From Pristiophorus japonicus (taxonomy: Eukaryota), in assembly GCF_044704955.1 (NCBI RefSeq), contig NW_027253150.1, positions 186,001-250,000 on the forward strand: 64,000 nucleotides of DNA, in the 5' to 3' direction. The position numbers were made by a program, and so were the translations under genes. The notes below the pieces were generated by a model. It had not been told where the DNA came from and did not search any database. It was given only the letters and a program-made list of their open reading frames with translations. This document shows, piece after piece, positions 25,801 to 38,633 of the stretch; position 1 is the stretch's first letter; each line of letters opens with the position of its first letter.

Positions 25801-27400
25801 CCTTCCTATCACCTTGTGGTTTACACTTACTCCAGTGCTGCTCTGCTCTGTTGCCGCCTGCCTTTTGCATCCTTTCTTGGGGTTCTGTTCATCTGAGCTC
25901 TCAACCACTCTAACTAGCTCAGAGCCCTCTCCTGGGTTCCCATCCCCCTGCCAAGCTAGTTTAAAGCCCTTCCAACCGCACTATCAAAACCACCCGCGAG
26001 AACATTGGTCCCGTCTCTCTTGAGGTGTAACCTGTCCGAATTGTACAGATCACACCTACTCCAGAAGTGGTCCCAATTGTTCAGGAAACTAAAGCCCTCC
26101 CTCCTACACCAATGCCCCAGCCACGTATTTATCTGACTAGCCTTACTTTTTCTACCCTCACTAGTACGTGGCACTGATGGTAATCCCGAGATTACCACCT
26201 TTGAGGTCCTTGCTTTCAATCTTACCCCTAGCTCCCTAAACTCAGCTTTCAGGACCTCATCCCTCTTTCTACCTATGTCGTTGGTACCAATGTGGACCAC
26301 AACCACTGGCTATTCCCCTTCCCTCCCCAGAATGCCCTGCAGTCGCTCAGTTACATCATTGACCCTTGCACCAGGGAGGCAACACACCATCCTGATGTCA
26401 CTTTTGCTGCCGCAGAAGCGCCGATCTGCTCTCCTAACTATTGAATCTCCTATCACTATAGCCTTTCCTGTTTTCTTCCTACCCCCTGTGCAGCTGAGCC
26501 ACCCACGGTGCTGTGGACTTGGCCCTGGCTGCTCTCCCCAGAGTCATCACCGCCATCGCCAGTAGTCAGAATAGAGTACCAGTTTGAGAGCAGGATAGTC
26601 TCAGGGGACTCCTGCACAACCTGCCTGGCCATACTCTTGTGCGCGACGGTCACCAATTCCCTATCCTCCTGTACCCTTTTAATCTGTGGGGTTTCCCTTT
26701 ATTATTCATTATCTCCACCCAAACTGTTTCAGCACAGAGCCGATTTAATTAACTGGTTCTCAGATAAAAAAGATCACAAATCTTTAATTGCAGTTCCTAA
26801 CCAAAGATTTCTTAAAGAAAAAAAATACTCATCAATCCACCAGCCAATCACTTACCTGCTTGGCTGTGACGTCACACTTCGATTTCGATTTTTTTTTACT
26901 TTATGTTTTTGGTGAAGCTGGCCTCCTGACTGCAGCCCTTTGTACTCCCGCGTCCACTCAGGTCTTGTGATGTTGGCCTCCTCCAGACTGTGGCCCTTTG
27001 TACTCCCGCGTCCGCTCAGGTCTCGCGATGCTGGCCTCCTCCAGACTGTGGCCCTTTGTACTCCCGCGTCCGCTCAGGTCTCGCGATGCTGGCCTCCTCC
27101 AGACTGTGGCCCTTTGTACTCCCGCGTCCGCTCAGGTCTCATGATGCTGGCCTCCTCCTGACTGCTGCCCTTTGTACTCCCGCTCTCGCTCAGGTCTTAC
27201 GATGCTGGCCTCCTCCTGACTGCTGCCCTTTGTACTCCCGCGCTCGCTCAGGTCTCATGATGCTGGCCTCCTCCTGACTGTGGCCCTTTGTACTCCCGCG
27301 TCCGCTCAGGTCTTGTGATGCTGGCCTCCTCCTGACTGCTGCCCTTTGTACTCCCGCGCTCGCTCAGGTCTCACGATGCTGGCCTCCTCCAGACTGTTCC
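22840..27400 (-). mobile_element. Near full-length CR1 LINE (5' UTR with monomers, partial ORF1 about 26680-25956, ORF2 about 25740-22990, 3' UTR)
   Basis: VVVHIGTNDIGRKRDE (ORF1); [64 protein letters not shown] (ORF2); several stops. Confidence 0.95.
26915..27397 (-). repeat. 58-bp tandem monomer array (about 8 copies) at the CR1 5' end
   Basis: Unit gctggcctcctccagactgtggccctttgtactcccgcgtccgctcaggtctcgcgat. Confidence 0.93.
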
Positions 27401-27544
27401 GCAGAAGCAGGGGGTTTGTCTGCTTTTATCCATGAATTTAACAAGTCTATATTAAAATGCTAAATTTAAAAAATCTTCATTAAAATGTGAGCCAGTGGGT
27501 TGTGAGCCCCAGAGCCTTGTGTCCATGGTAAACGAGCCAAAGGT

Positions 27545-27877
27545 GGGCAGCAGAAATGTTACAAGGACACCCTCAAAGCTTCTCTAATAAAGTGCGACAT
27601 CACCACTGACACCAGGGAGTCCCTGGCCAAAGACTATCCTGGATGGAGAAAGGGCATCCAGGAGGGCACTGAGCGCCTCGAGTTTCAATGCCGAGTGCAT
27701 GAAGAGGTTAAGCGCAGGCAGTGGAAGGAGTGTGCGACAAACCTGTCCTACCCACCAGTGACACAGTCTGTGGTTCTCGTATTGGACTGTTTAGCCACCA
27801 AAGAACTCACTTCAGGAGTGGAAGCAAGTCTTCCTCGATTCCGAAGGACTGCCTATGATGATGATGATGATGATGAT
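27545..27877 (+). mobile_element. RTE-clade LINE 3' end with (GAT)n tail
   Basis: YKDTLKASL.KC.I motif and a tail ending in gatgatgat. Confidence 0.8.
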
Positions 27878-27987
27878 GTGTCCAAAAGGACCCACAATGA
27901 ACGCCCATCGCCTCCCCTGGCCCCAGGCCCTGAACAAGGGACTGCACAAGGTCGTGCCCTGCGGCTCAGACAATCAGCGGCACAAAT

Positions 27988-28500
27988 CCCGCCCCTCGGG
28001 CTCCCCGATTGGTTGGAGGACCCTCCGCCAGCTTGCTTCTCCAGCCCCGCCCCACTCGCTCCGCATTGGTCGGAAGCTCCTGTCAATCAGGCCCGGGTCA
28101 CGTGTCCCTCAAGCGCGCTCCGCCAAACTGGTGGAAACTGTTCTCGGGGACCCGGATGGGCGGACTCTCGGGTTTGGATCTCCCTCTATTCTCTCCCTAT
28201 CCCCCCCGTGCAATTCTCTACCCAATCGGAGCGGAGAAAACTTACTTTGCATCACCGCTCATGGCTCTTAACGGACACAAACGCCTTTCCCCGGAAGGTG
28301 CTGTGCTGACTCCACACCACAGGATCCGAGTGAGCAGGCGCAGCTCTGAGTGTGGGGGGGAGGCGGCGGTTGGTGTCCCCTGGGCATGCGCGGTTATTAC
28401 CGATATCGACCGAGATGGGGTGCTGTGCCGGACATGGTTATCGGTGCACATGCGCAGACTGTCGGCTGTCAATCACCCATCAGGCAGCGCAGCTGCTGGT
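27988..28500 (+). promoter_or_regulatory. CpG-rich promoter-like region including promoter module copy 2
   Basis: CCGCCC, two ATTGG, CGGAAG, CACGTG and GCATGCGC motifs; CpG-rich; upstream of ZNF unit 3. Confidence 0.55.
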
Positions 28501-28654
28501 GAGACCTGTGACATCATCGAATCCCAGACATTGACAGCACAGAAGGAGGCCATTCGGCCCATCGTGTCCATGCCGGCCGGCACAGAGCTCTGCAGCCTAA
28601 TCCCACTGTACAGCTCTTGGTCTGTAGCTCTGTAGGTTACGGCACAAAAAAGAA

Positions 28655-29085
28655 AGCCTTACATTTATATAGCGCCTTTCACGAACACCGGACGTCTCAA
28701 AGCTCTTCACAGAGAATGAAGTACTTTTGGAGTGTAGTCACTGTTGTAATGTGGGAAACACGGCAGCTAATTTGCACCCAGCAAGCTCCCACAGAGAGCA
28801 ATGTGATAATGACCAGATAAATTGTTGTTGTTATTTTGGTTAAAGGATAAATATTGGCCACGACGTCGTGGATAGCTTCCCTGTTCTTCTTCGAAATAGT
28901 GCCATGAGATCTTTTACGTCCACCAGAGAGAGAGTTGACCAGGCTTCGGTTTAAAGCCTCATCCGAAAGATGGCTCCTCCGACAGTGCAGTGGCACTGGC
29001 GTGTCAGCCTAGATTTTTTGTGCTCAAGTCTCTGGAGTGGGACTTGAACCCACAACCTTCTGACACACTGAGCCACAGCTAACAC
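28655..29085 (-). mobile_element. Deu-type SINE inserted in a CR1 3' end
   Basis: Homologous to 10925-11355; flanked by CR1 pieces 28520-28640 and 29090-29555. Confidence 0.8.
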
Positions 29086-29089
29086 CTCT

Positions 29090-29555
29090 GCTAAGGCAAA
29101 TAGGTCCTTCCTATCCACTCTATCTAGTCCCCTCAAGTGCATATCAGAATACTTTTAAATGTTATGAGGGTTTCTGCCTCTACCACTCTTTCAGGCAGCG
29201 AGTTCCAGATTCCCACCATCCTCTCGGTGAAAAAACTTCTCAAATCCCATCTAAACCTTTCACCAATTACTTTAAATCTATGCACCCCCAGGTATTGACC
29301 CTCTGCTAAGGGAAATAGGTCCTTCCTATCCCCTCTATCTAGGCCCCTCATAATTTTATACACCTCAATGAGGTCTCTCCACACGTCCTCTTTTCCTAAA
29401 AAAACAACCCCAGCCTATCCAATCTGTCCTCATAGCTAAAATTCTCAAGTCCAGGCAACATCCTGGTAAATCTTTGTACCCTGAGTGGTGCAATCACATC
29501 TTTCTTGTAATGTGGTGACCAGAACTGCACACAGTACTCTAGCTGTGGCCTAATT
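29090..29555 (-). mobile_element. CR1 3' fragment
   Basis: RDLIEVYKIMRGLDR...GIWNSLPERVVEAET. Confidence 0.85.
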
Positions 29556-29559
29556 AGAA

Positions 29560-30025
29560 CCAAGCCAGAGCCAGCACCTTCAGGGGAAGAGAGGGAGGGG
29601 AACCAGTGAGTGTAGAACTGACCAAGCCAGTGTCAGCACCTTCAGGGGAGGAGAGGGAGGGGAACCAGTGAGTGTAGAACTGAACCCAACCAGAGTCAGC
29701 ACCTTCAGGGGAGGAGAGGGAGGGGATCCAGTGAGTGTAGAACTGAACCCAGCCAGAGTCAGCACCTTCAGGGGAGGAGAGGGAGGGGATCCAGTGAGTG
29801 TAGAACTGAACCCAGCCAGAGTCAGAACCTTCAGGGGAGGAGAGGGAGGGGATCCAGTGAGTGTAGAACTGAACCCAGCCAGAGTCAGCACCTTCAGGGG
29901 AGGAGAGGGAGGGGAACCAGTCAGTGTAGAACTGAACCCAGCCAGTGTCAGCACCTTCAGCGGAGAAGAGGGAGGGGAACCAGTGAGTGTAGAACTGAAT
30001 CCAGCCAGAGTCAGCACCTTCAGCA
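29560..30025. repeat. 63-bp tandem repeat (about 7 copies)
   Basis: Unit gtgagtgtagaactgaacccagccagagtcagcaccttcaggggaggagagggagggga(a/t)cca. Confidence 0.95.
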
Positions 30026-30119
30026 AGAAGGAAAAAATGTTGGTGATGATGTAATGGGTTTGGATTTCAGCATGGGGAGTAGGGATAGTGTGTGGGTTAG
30101 GGATTTACATTTGTGGGGA

Positions 30120-31168
30120 AACTAGAGAGGAATATGTGTACCACAGAAACCAAAATTGACTGTTCTGAATTTATATCCTGTCCTTACAGAGATGACTTTT
30201 GTAAACTCCTTTTTCAGGGTATTAGAAGGGAAGGATTTGCAGATGAGAAACTGGAACCAAACATCACCAAGATCTCACAGAGTCACTTGATCCAACGCAA
30301 CATGAATATCATCGGCCTTTGAATGTGGAAGGAGAAATGTTTGTCTGTTCTGCCTGTGGGCAAATATTTCAAACATCAGTGTGACTTCAAAAGCACCGAG
30401 ACACACACAGACGAGTGAAAGTGTTCCCGTGCACTGCCTTTGGAAAGAGCTTTAACCAGTTACATAGCCTGAAAAAACAGCGCACCATTCACAGCGCAGA
30501 GAATCTGTAAACGTGTTGTGTGTTGGCGAGGCATCAACTGATCAACCAATCTGGAGAGACACAAGGATACCAGCACCATGGAGTAACCGTGGGAATGTGG
30601 AGACTGTGGGAAGGGATTCAGTTACCCGTCTGAGCTGGAAATTCACAAGCGCAATCACACTGGGGAGAGGCCGTTCACCTGGTCAGAGTATGGGAAAGGA
30701 TTCAATTGGCCATCCCACCTGCTGAGACACCAGCGAGTACATACCGGGGAGAGGCCGTTCACCTGCTCCATGTGTGGGAAGGGATTCAGTGATTCATCCA
30801 GCGAACTGACACACCAGCCACCTCACACTGGGGAGTGGCCATTCACGTGCTCCGTGTGTGGGAATGGATTCACTTGTTCATCCAACCTGCTGGCACACCA
30901 ACTTGTTCACACCAATAAGAAACCGTTTAAATGTTCTGACTGTGAGAAGAGTTTTAAAAGCAGAAATGATTTGAGGAAACACCAACGCGCTCACACTGGG
31001 GAGAGGCCGTTCACCTGCTCCATCTGTGGGAAGCAATTCACTGCCCCATACAACCTGCTGACACACCAGCGAGTTCACACTGGGGAGAGGCCGTTCACCT
31101 GCTCCGTCTGTGGGAAGGGATTCACTGCCCCATACAACCTGCTCAGACACCTGCGAGTTCTCAAGTGA
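30120..31168 (+). pseudogene. C2H2 zinc-finger exon (unit 3), probable pseudogene with 30770-31168 still open
   Basis: [13 protein letters not shown] and similar linkers; ME* stop in place of MEKPW near 30578-30586; finger 2 has lost its Cys pair; four intact fingers in the open part. Confidence 0.85.
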
Positions 31169-31409
31169 CTGCAGGGTTGGATTCTGCTGTGAATCACATC
31201 AGGCCTGAATCGTGTTAATTCTGACAGTCGGGCTGTGTTTCCCCTGTAACTGGGCTGGATTTAATGTTCTGGATATCTGACAAATAAATCAGCTTTGGTT
31301 CCAACACACACTGCGTAGATTGCGTGACTTCTCCAATATAAGAGGAGTCTAATTGTTGTCCTGTTACTAATTGTTCCTTTTTTGGAACTTTTCTCCTTCA
31401 TTTAACAAA

Positions 31410-31660
31410 GACCTGTCCTTATGCAGCGCCTCACATGACCTCAAAATGTTTACAGCCAATGAAGTGCAACAACACCAAAGTACATTTGAAGTGCATTCAC
31501 TATTGTAGTATAGGAAATGCAGCAGATGCTTTGCACACAGCAAGCTGCCATGAACAGCAATGGCCAGATAATCTGTTTGAGTGATATTTGTTGAGAGCTG
31601 ATGGGGCCTCAGTTGAACGACTCACCTGAAAGATGGCAACACTGACAGTGCAGCAATCCT
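31410..31660 (-). mobile_element. Deu-type SINE, partial
   Basis: Degenerate copy of the SINE family at 10925 and 28655. Confidence 0.65.
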
Positions 31661-31664
31661 GTGC

Positions 31665-31950
31665 GGTACCTGCCCTGGGCGTGTTTGATGGGACAGTGTA
31701 GAGGGAGCTTTACTCTGCATCTAACCCGTGCTGTACCTGCCCTGTGAGTGTTTGATGGGACAGTGTAGAGGGAGCTTTGCACTGTATCTAACCAGTACTG
31801 TACCTGCCCTGGGAGTTTTGATGGGACCGTGTAGAGGAAGCTTTACTCTGTATCTAACCCAAGCTGTACCTGCCCTGGGAGTGTTTGTTGGGACAGTGTA
31901 GAGGGAGCTTTACTCTGTATCTAACCCCGTGCTGTACCTGCCCTGGAAGT
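31665..31950 (+). repeat. About 67-bp dispersed satellite (tgtacctgccctgggagtgtttgatgggacagtgtagagggagctttactctgtatctaacc)
   Basis: About 4 tandem copies; same family at 47460-47545 and, inverted, at 62430-64000. Confidence 0.9.
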
Positions 31951-32199
31951 GCATTAGGCTGACACAAGGTGCTCCGAATGACCCATTCCCAAACACTGAC
32001 ATCCATCACCTCGATGAGAACATCATTTAACCCAAAGATAAGGAAAACCTATCAGTTCCTCCCCTGGACACAGGTCCGGAGGGACAGTGAGTGTCCCGGA
32101 CATTGTTGTACAGTGTGTTCGATAGCTCACCCTGGGTCTGAGCCTTTTGTTGATGGTTTGAATTTGACGCCCTCGAATTACTGACTCACCGACTGGTGG

Positions 32200-32530
32200 A
32201 AATAGTTTTTCCTCATTTACCGATCAAATTTTGAATACCTCCCTCAGATCTCCAATGACCCTTTGTTCTAATGAAAAGAGTCCCAGTTTCTCCAATCTCC
32301 CCTGATAACTAAAGCCTCTCTTCCCTCGTATCATCTCAGTGAATCTCTCTGCACCCTCTCCATGGCCTCCACATCCTTCCTGGTGTAAGTTCCCCAAAAC
32401 CTGACACAATATTCGAACTGTAGCCTAACCAATGATTTATGCAAGTTTACATGACCTCTGCCCTTTTGTACTCCACACCCCTATTTATAAACCGTAGGAA
32501 CCCATGTGCTTCTTTAACGACTTTATCAAC
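32200..32530 (-). mobile_element. CR1 fragment
   Basis: RFTEMI..GFSYQGRLEKLGLFSLEQR. Confidence 0.75.
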
Positions 32531-33229
32531 ATAAAATGGCTAAAATACATTGACTTCGACTTAAATATGCATCATGGGAAAGATAAGTTTAGGCTGAGTT
32601 AGAAACGCAAACAATCGATTCGCTGCAGACAGGTCACCATGGCAACACTGATCAGACATTCCATTCGCTGAACCCACTGTTGCAATCTATAATCAGATCA
32701 GGGGAAAGAACAGGGTTTGTCTGTTAGTAACCACAATGTAAGCTTAAACCAGAGTGAGTAACACAATAGATTAGATTATAATGCGTGATGCTGATACCTA
32801 TAATTGTGAAACTATAAAACATAACAACTAATAGCAGGCAGGGGAGTTTAGGGACAATGAGAATATTACTGAAGAAAAGTAACTGCTGGGAACCAGGAAA
32901 AGTGTCCTTGTAAATCACGGATTAAAGAAGTTCCAGCTGTCTTTTCCTCGCTTCATGCCCAAACCCAGCAGAGAAGACAAAGAAGACTCCGGTGTCAGAG
33001 GTGAATCAGTGCAGGGTATAAAAGTGAGGGGAGACTGATGTAAGGGGGCAGTGGGGACTGGAGACACCGGAGATCAAGCTCAGGGCACCCGAGGTTCCAT
33101 CCAGTGGGCTGACCTGGTGTCAGGTACTGTGGACACGCGGGACTTGCATCTTTACTCTGATGTGGTAGAGCACAGAGAATCTGCTCAAATTATATTTCTT
33201 AAAATATTAATGTTTCTAATAATAATGAT

Positions 33230-33960
33230 TGAATATATTTAAGGTGGAGATATACAGAGTTTTGAGCGATAAGGGAGTGAAGGGTTATGGGGAGCGGGCA
33301 GGGAAGTGGAGTTGAGGCCCGGATCAGATTAGCCATGATCTTATTGAATGGCGGAGCAGGCTCGAGGAACCAGATGACGTACTTCTGCTCCTATTTCTTA
33401 TGTTCTCGTGTTATAACACTCGTCTCTCGATCCTCAATAAAATAAGGAATTAGCTAGAATCTTACAACCCTAAATCTCTCTGCTCCTCTACTCCATTGAA
33501 AGTTTTACCATTTAATATATATTGCCTCCCTTTTTCTTCCTCCCGAAATCTATCGCAGCACATTTCTCTGCATTAAATTTCATTTCACATCTACCTGCCC
33601 AATTACTAACCTGTGTATTGACAATGAAGGCACTTAAAGTCCTCTTCACAGTTGGCCATGGGCCCTTTTTGGCGTTCCCTGGAGATTTTGATCATGTGCC
33701 GCATATACCCAAGCCCAGATCATTTCTCTATATTAAGCAGAGCAATGGTCTCAACACTGACCCTGGGGACACCATTGTTTACATCCCCCCAGTCTGAAAA
33801 ACCTCCATTAACCGCCACTCTCTGTTTTCTGCCCTTGACCCAAATTCCTCTCTACGCTGCCCCACTCCCTTTAATACTATAAGCCTTAATTTGATCAACA
33901 AGCCTCCTGTCCGGCATCTTATCAAACACCTTTTGACAATCCATCTGCACAACATTTATT
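33230..33960. mobile_element. CR1 fragments (+ 3' UTR 33230-33410; - RT fragment 33470-33960)
   Basis: CR1 tail sequence; degenerate GVPQG.VL.P and FDK motifs on the minus strand. Confidence 0.65.
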
Positions 33961-34234
33961 TCCTTTCTCACTGCACTGTGTGATTTCCTGAAACCCTGCT
34001 GCCTGTCCTGAATGAATCCATTTCACTACCAAATGCTGCAATGTTTGCTCCACTCCACAGGGTTCCATCTGTTTCAAGCCATAACACAAAATCCCGTTTC
34101 CTCCTGGAGTTTGAGAGACAACACTCTGCATTATCCGCCGTTCCACAACGACCTGCCAGTTTCAGATACAGACTCCAGGACCACCAGGAAGTGCTGGGAA
34201 ATCTCCAGCGAGTCAGGAAATGTCTGTCAATGTA

Positions 34235-34420
34235 GGAGAAATGGGGAGTGGTCAGGGAGTGTCTGTAAATGGAGAAATGGGGACTGGTCAGGGAGCGTCT
34301 GTAAATGGAGGAGAAATGGGGATTGGTCATGGAGCGTCTGTAAATGGAGGAGAAATGGGGATTGGTCAGGGAACGTCTGTAAATGGAGGAGAAATGGGGA
34401 CTGGTCTGGGACTTTCTGTA
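34235..34420. repeat. 39-bp ggagcgtctgtaaatggaggagaaatgggga repeat
   Basis: Tandem copies, paralogous to 8200-8365. Confidence 0.88.
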
Positions 34421-34639
34421 ATTTAAGTAGAAATTACTATTTTTAGTGAACAAATGTATCAGTGAATTAATGGAACACTTCGCGTGTCCCAGCTCCTGTA
34501 AGTACTGGCTGTAAAGGAATGGTATTCTGAGGAGGCTCCACGCTGCTGACTGCTCATTAGTCAGTTATCTCCCATCATATTAATGTGCTTCTGCTGTGTG
34601 TGTTTAATAAAGTGCCATGAGCACTTCACAAACAGTGGG

Positions 34640-35115
34640 GAGCCAGGAAGTGTAGAACTGAACCCAGCCAGAATCAGTATCTTCAGGGGAGGGGAACCAG
34701 TGAGTGTAGAACTGAACCCAGCTAGAGACAGCACTTCAGGGGAGCGGAACCAGTGAGTGTAGAACTGAACCCAGCCAGAGTCAGTACCTTCAGGGGAGGG
34801 GAACCAGTGAGTGTAGAACTGAACCCAGCTAGAGACAGCACTTCAGGGGAGGGGAACCAGTGAGTGTAGAACTGAACCCAACCAGTGTCAGCACTTCAGG
34901 GGAGGGGAAACAGTGAGTGTAGAACTGAACCCAGCCAGAGTCAGTACCTTCAGGGGAAGGGAACCAGTGAGTGTAGAACTGAACCCAACCAGTGTCAGCA
35001 CTTCAGGGGAGGGGAACCAGTGAGTGTAAAACTAAATACAGCCAGAGTCAGTACCTTCAGGGGAAGGGAACTAGTGAGTGTAGAACTGAACCCAGCCAGA
35101 GTCAGCACCTTCAGG
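34640..35115. repeat. 53/54-bp tandem repeat (short form of the 63-bp unit)
   Basis: About 9 copies with mostly alternating 53/54 spacing. Confidence 0.93.
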
Positions 35116-36160
35116 GGGGAGGGGGAGAGCCCGAGTTGGGGGAGGGGGAGAGCCCATGTTGGGAGAGAGGGGGAGGGGGAGCGTCCGCGGTTGGGGGAGG
35201 GGGGGAGACGGGGTTGGGAGAGAGGGGGGGAAGTGGAGAGCCGGGATTGGGGAAGGGGGAGAGATGTCGTTGGGAGAGAGGGGGAGGGGGAGAGCCCGGG
35301 TTGTGGGAGAGGAAGAGCCCGAGTTGGGGGAGCCCGAGTTGGGGGAGCCCGAGTTGGGGGAGAGAGGGAAGGAGAAAGACCGAGCTGGGGGAGGGGAGAG
35401 GGGTGGAGAGGGAGAGCCCGGAGAGGGGGAGAGCCCGAGTTGGGGGCGGGGGGATGGGCAGAGCCCGAGTTGGGGAGAGGGGAAGGAGGAGACCCCGAAT
35501 TGAGGGGGAGGGGGAGTGCCCGAATTGAGGGGGAGGGGGAGAGACGTGGTCGGGGGAGAGAGGGAGGGGAGAGCCTGAGTTGGGGGAGAGAGGGAGGGGG
35601 AGAGCCCGAGTTGGGGGAGAGAGGGAGGGGGAGAGGCCGAGTTGAGGCAGAGGGGGAGTGTGAGATTCTGAGTTGGGGGAGAGGGGGAGGGGGGCCCGAG
35701 TTGGGGGAGAGGGAGTGGGAGGGGGAGAGCCCGAGTTGGGGGAGAGAGGGAGGGGACGAGCCAGAGTTGAGGGAGAGGGGGAGGCTGAGATTTTGAGTTG
35801 AGGAGAGGGAAACGGGGCGAGACCGAGTTGGGGGAGAGGGAGAGGGAGGGGGAGTGCCCGAGTTTGAGGGGAGGGGGAGAGCCCGAGTTATTTCGGGAGG
35901 AGGGGAGAGCCCGAGTTTTTTGGGGGGAGGGGAAGGGGAGGAGCCTGAGTTGTGGGGAGGAGAGGAGTCCGAGTTGGGGCGGAGGGGAGGAGCCAGAGTC
36001 GGGGGGGAGGGGAGGGTGGAGTAACCCGAATCGGGGGAAGGGGAGGGTGGAGGAGTCCGAATCGGGATTGGAGGGAGCCCGAATCCGGGGGTGGTGTGTG
36101 GGAGGGGAGGGAACCCGAGTTGGGTGGGAGGTGTGGAAGACCGAATTGGGGGAGGGGGAT
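35116..36160. repeat. Degenerate G-rich purine repeat (ggggagagcccgagttggggga)
   Basis: Recurrent cccgagtt core between G-runs; source of the Pro/Gly-rich ORFs. Confidence 0.9.
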
Positions 36161-38633
36161 TGTTGTGTATCTGTAAAGCATGAACTCCCATGCTTCGCCA
36201 CCAGGGAGCACATCCCCTGAAATCCCAATGGATCCCAACATGCCTTGGAAGCACTGTATATAAGCCGGCCCCTACGGTCTGTTCCTCACTCTGGAGTGTC
36301 TTAATAAAGACTGAGGTCACTATTACTTTCACCTCCCTGTGTGCAGTCCCATCTGTGTTTGGAACACAATAACTGGCGACGAGAATACGAATCCAACACA
36401 AAGATGCAGCAAACTGTGGGCATCCTGGAGCAGAGCTCGGAGAGTGAGGACTGGGAAGCCTATGGCGAACGGCTAGACCAGTACTTTGTAGCCAACGAGC
36501 TGGACGGAGAAGGAAGCACTGCAAAAAGGAGAAACGTCCTCCTCACGGTCTGCGGGGCACCGACCTACAGCCTCATGAAGGATCTTCTGGCTCCAGTGAA
36601 ACCACAGACAAGTCATATGAGGAGCTGTGTACACTGGTTCTGGAGCATCTTAACCCGAGGTAGATTGTGCTGATGACAAGGTATCGGTTCTACACGTGCC
36701 AGCGATCTGAAGGTCAGAAAGTGGCGAGCTACATCGCCGAGCTAAGGCGACTTGCAGGACAATGTGAGTTTGATGGCTACCTGGAGCAGATGCTCAGAGA
36801 ATTTTTTTTACGGGCCATTGGCCACGAGACCATCCTATGAAAACTTTTTACTGTAGAGACACCGACCCTTAGTAATGCCATTGAAATAGCACAGGCGTTT
36901 ATGTCCACCAATGATAACAACAAACAAATCTCTCAGCACACAAGTGCTAGCAATGTTCAGACATAACTGGAATTGGGTTTGCGAGCAGAAATGTACAGGG
37001 CAGAAACCATGAGTCTGCAACTGCCAGCAGGCCTCAGGTGACCAAGATGACTCAGAGTCCGCAAGGCAATTAACACCTTGTTGGCATTGTGGAGGCTTCC
37101 ATTCTGCCTATTCATTCCGGTTCAAAGGGTATGTTTGCAACAGCTGTGGAACAATGGGGCACCTCCAACGAGCTTGCAGACGAGCTGCAAGTTCAGCTAA
37201 ACCTGCTGACCACCACGTGGCAGAGGAATATCGGTCCATGGTGGAACAAAGCAATTTCAAGCCTCAGAGAGAGGAGGCAGATGCTGAAGTACACGGGCTG
37301 CACACATTTTCGACAAAATGTCCACCTATATTGTTAAATGTAAAATTCAATGGCTTACCCATAGCCATGGAACTGGACACTGGTGCTAGCCAATCCATCA
37401 TGAGTAAAAAGATGTTTGAGAGACTGTGGTGCAATATGGCACTCATACCAACCCTGAGCCCCATGCACACGAAACTGAGAACGTACACCAGAGAGCTCAT
37501 CACTGTCCTGGGCAGTGCCATAGTCAAGGTCACCAACGAGGGCATGGTGCACGAACTGCCACTCTGGATTGTCCTGGGCGATGGCCCCACACTGCTTGGA
37601 AGGAGCTGGCTGGGAAAAATCCGCTGGAACTGGGTGACATCCGAGCGCTATCACATGTCGATCAGGCCTCGTGTACCCAGGTTCTTAAAAATGTCTTTCC
37701 CTTTTTGAGCCAGGCATTGGAAACTTTTCCGGGGCGAAGGTGTTTATCCACTTGGTCCGAGAGGTACGGCCCATTCACCACAAGGCGCGAGCGGTACCTC
37801 ACATGATGAGGGAGAGAGTGGAAATCGGGCTGGACAGGCTGCAACGCGAGGGCATCATCTCTCCAGTGGAATTCAGTGAGAGGGCCAGCCCGATTTTTCC
37901 AGTACTCAAAAGTGATAGCACGGTCAGGATTTGCAGCGATTAGAAAGTAACTATTAATTATTTCTCGCTACAGGACCAATACTCACTACCTAAGGCAGAC
38001 GACCTATTTGTGACGCAGACAGGAGGCAAGACGTTCACCAAGCTCGACCTGACTTTGGCATACATGACGCAGGAGCTGGAGGAGTCTTCGAAGTGCCTCA
38101 CCTGCATTAACACGCACAAGGGACTGTTCATCTACAACAGATGTCCTTTTGGAATTCGATTGGCTGCAGCGATCCACCAGTGAAACATGGAGAGCCTACT
38201 CAAGTCGGTACCACGCACGGTGGTTTTTCAGGACGACATATTGTTCACGGGTCGGGACACCATCGAGCACCTACAAAACCTGGAGGAGAGGTCGAAATGC
38301 ATCTTCATGGCAACAGAAGTGGAGTTTTTGGGGAGAAAGATCGCGGCGGACGGCATTCGGCCCACAGACGCCAAGACAGAGGCTATCAGGAACGCGCCCA
38401 GGCCACAGAACGTCATGGAGCTGCGGTCGTTCCTGGGACTCCTCAACTATTTTGGTAACTTCCTACCCGGGTTAAGCACCCTCTTAGAGCCCCTACATGT
38501 GTGATTGCGTAAAAGTGAGAACTGGGTATGGGGGGGAAAAAACAAGTAATTGCTTTTGAGAAAGCCAGAAACATTTATGCTCCAACAAGCTGCTTGTATT
38601 GTATAACCTGTGTAAACGACTTGTGCTAGCATG
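36161..38633 (+). mobile_element. Ty3/Gypsy LTR retrotransposon, 3'-truncated (5' LTR about 36161-36371, PBS 36374-36383, gag-pro-RT)
   Basis: TG start, TATATAA and AATAAA in the LTR; TGGCGACGAG PBS; gag MQQTVGILE..DWEAYGERLDQYFVAN; CCHC knuckle; LDTGAS protease; FQDDIL RT; cut at LVLAC (RNase H start). Confidence 0.93.

Noticed and set aside
28990-29085. tRNA-like A/B boxes
   Set aside because: Head of a SINE, not a tRNA gene
33017-33024. Strong TATAAAAG box
   Set aside because: No supportable downstream exon or ORF
34885-36524. Gly/Glu- and Pro-rich ORFs of 300-500 aa
   Set aside because: Translations of the G-rich repeat
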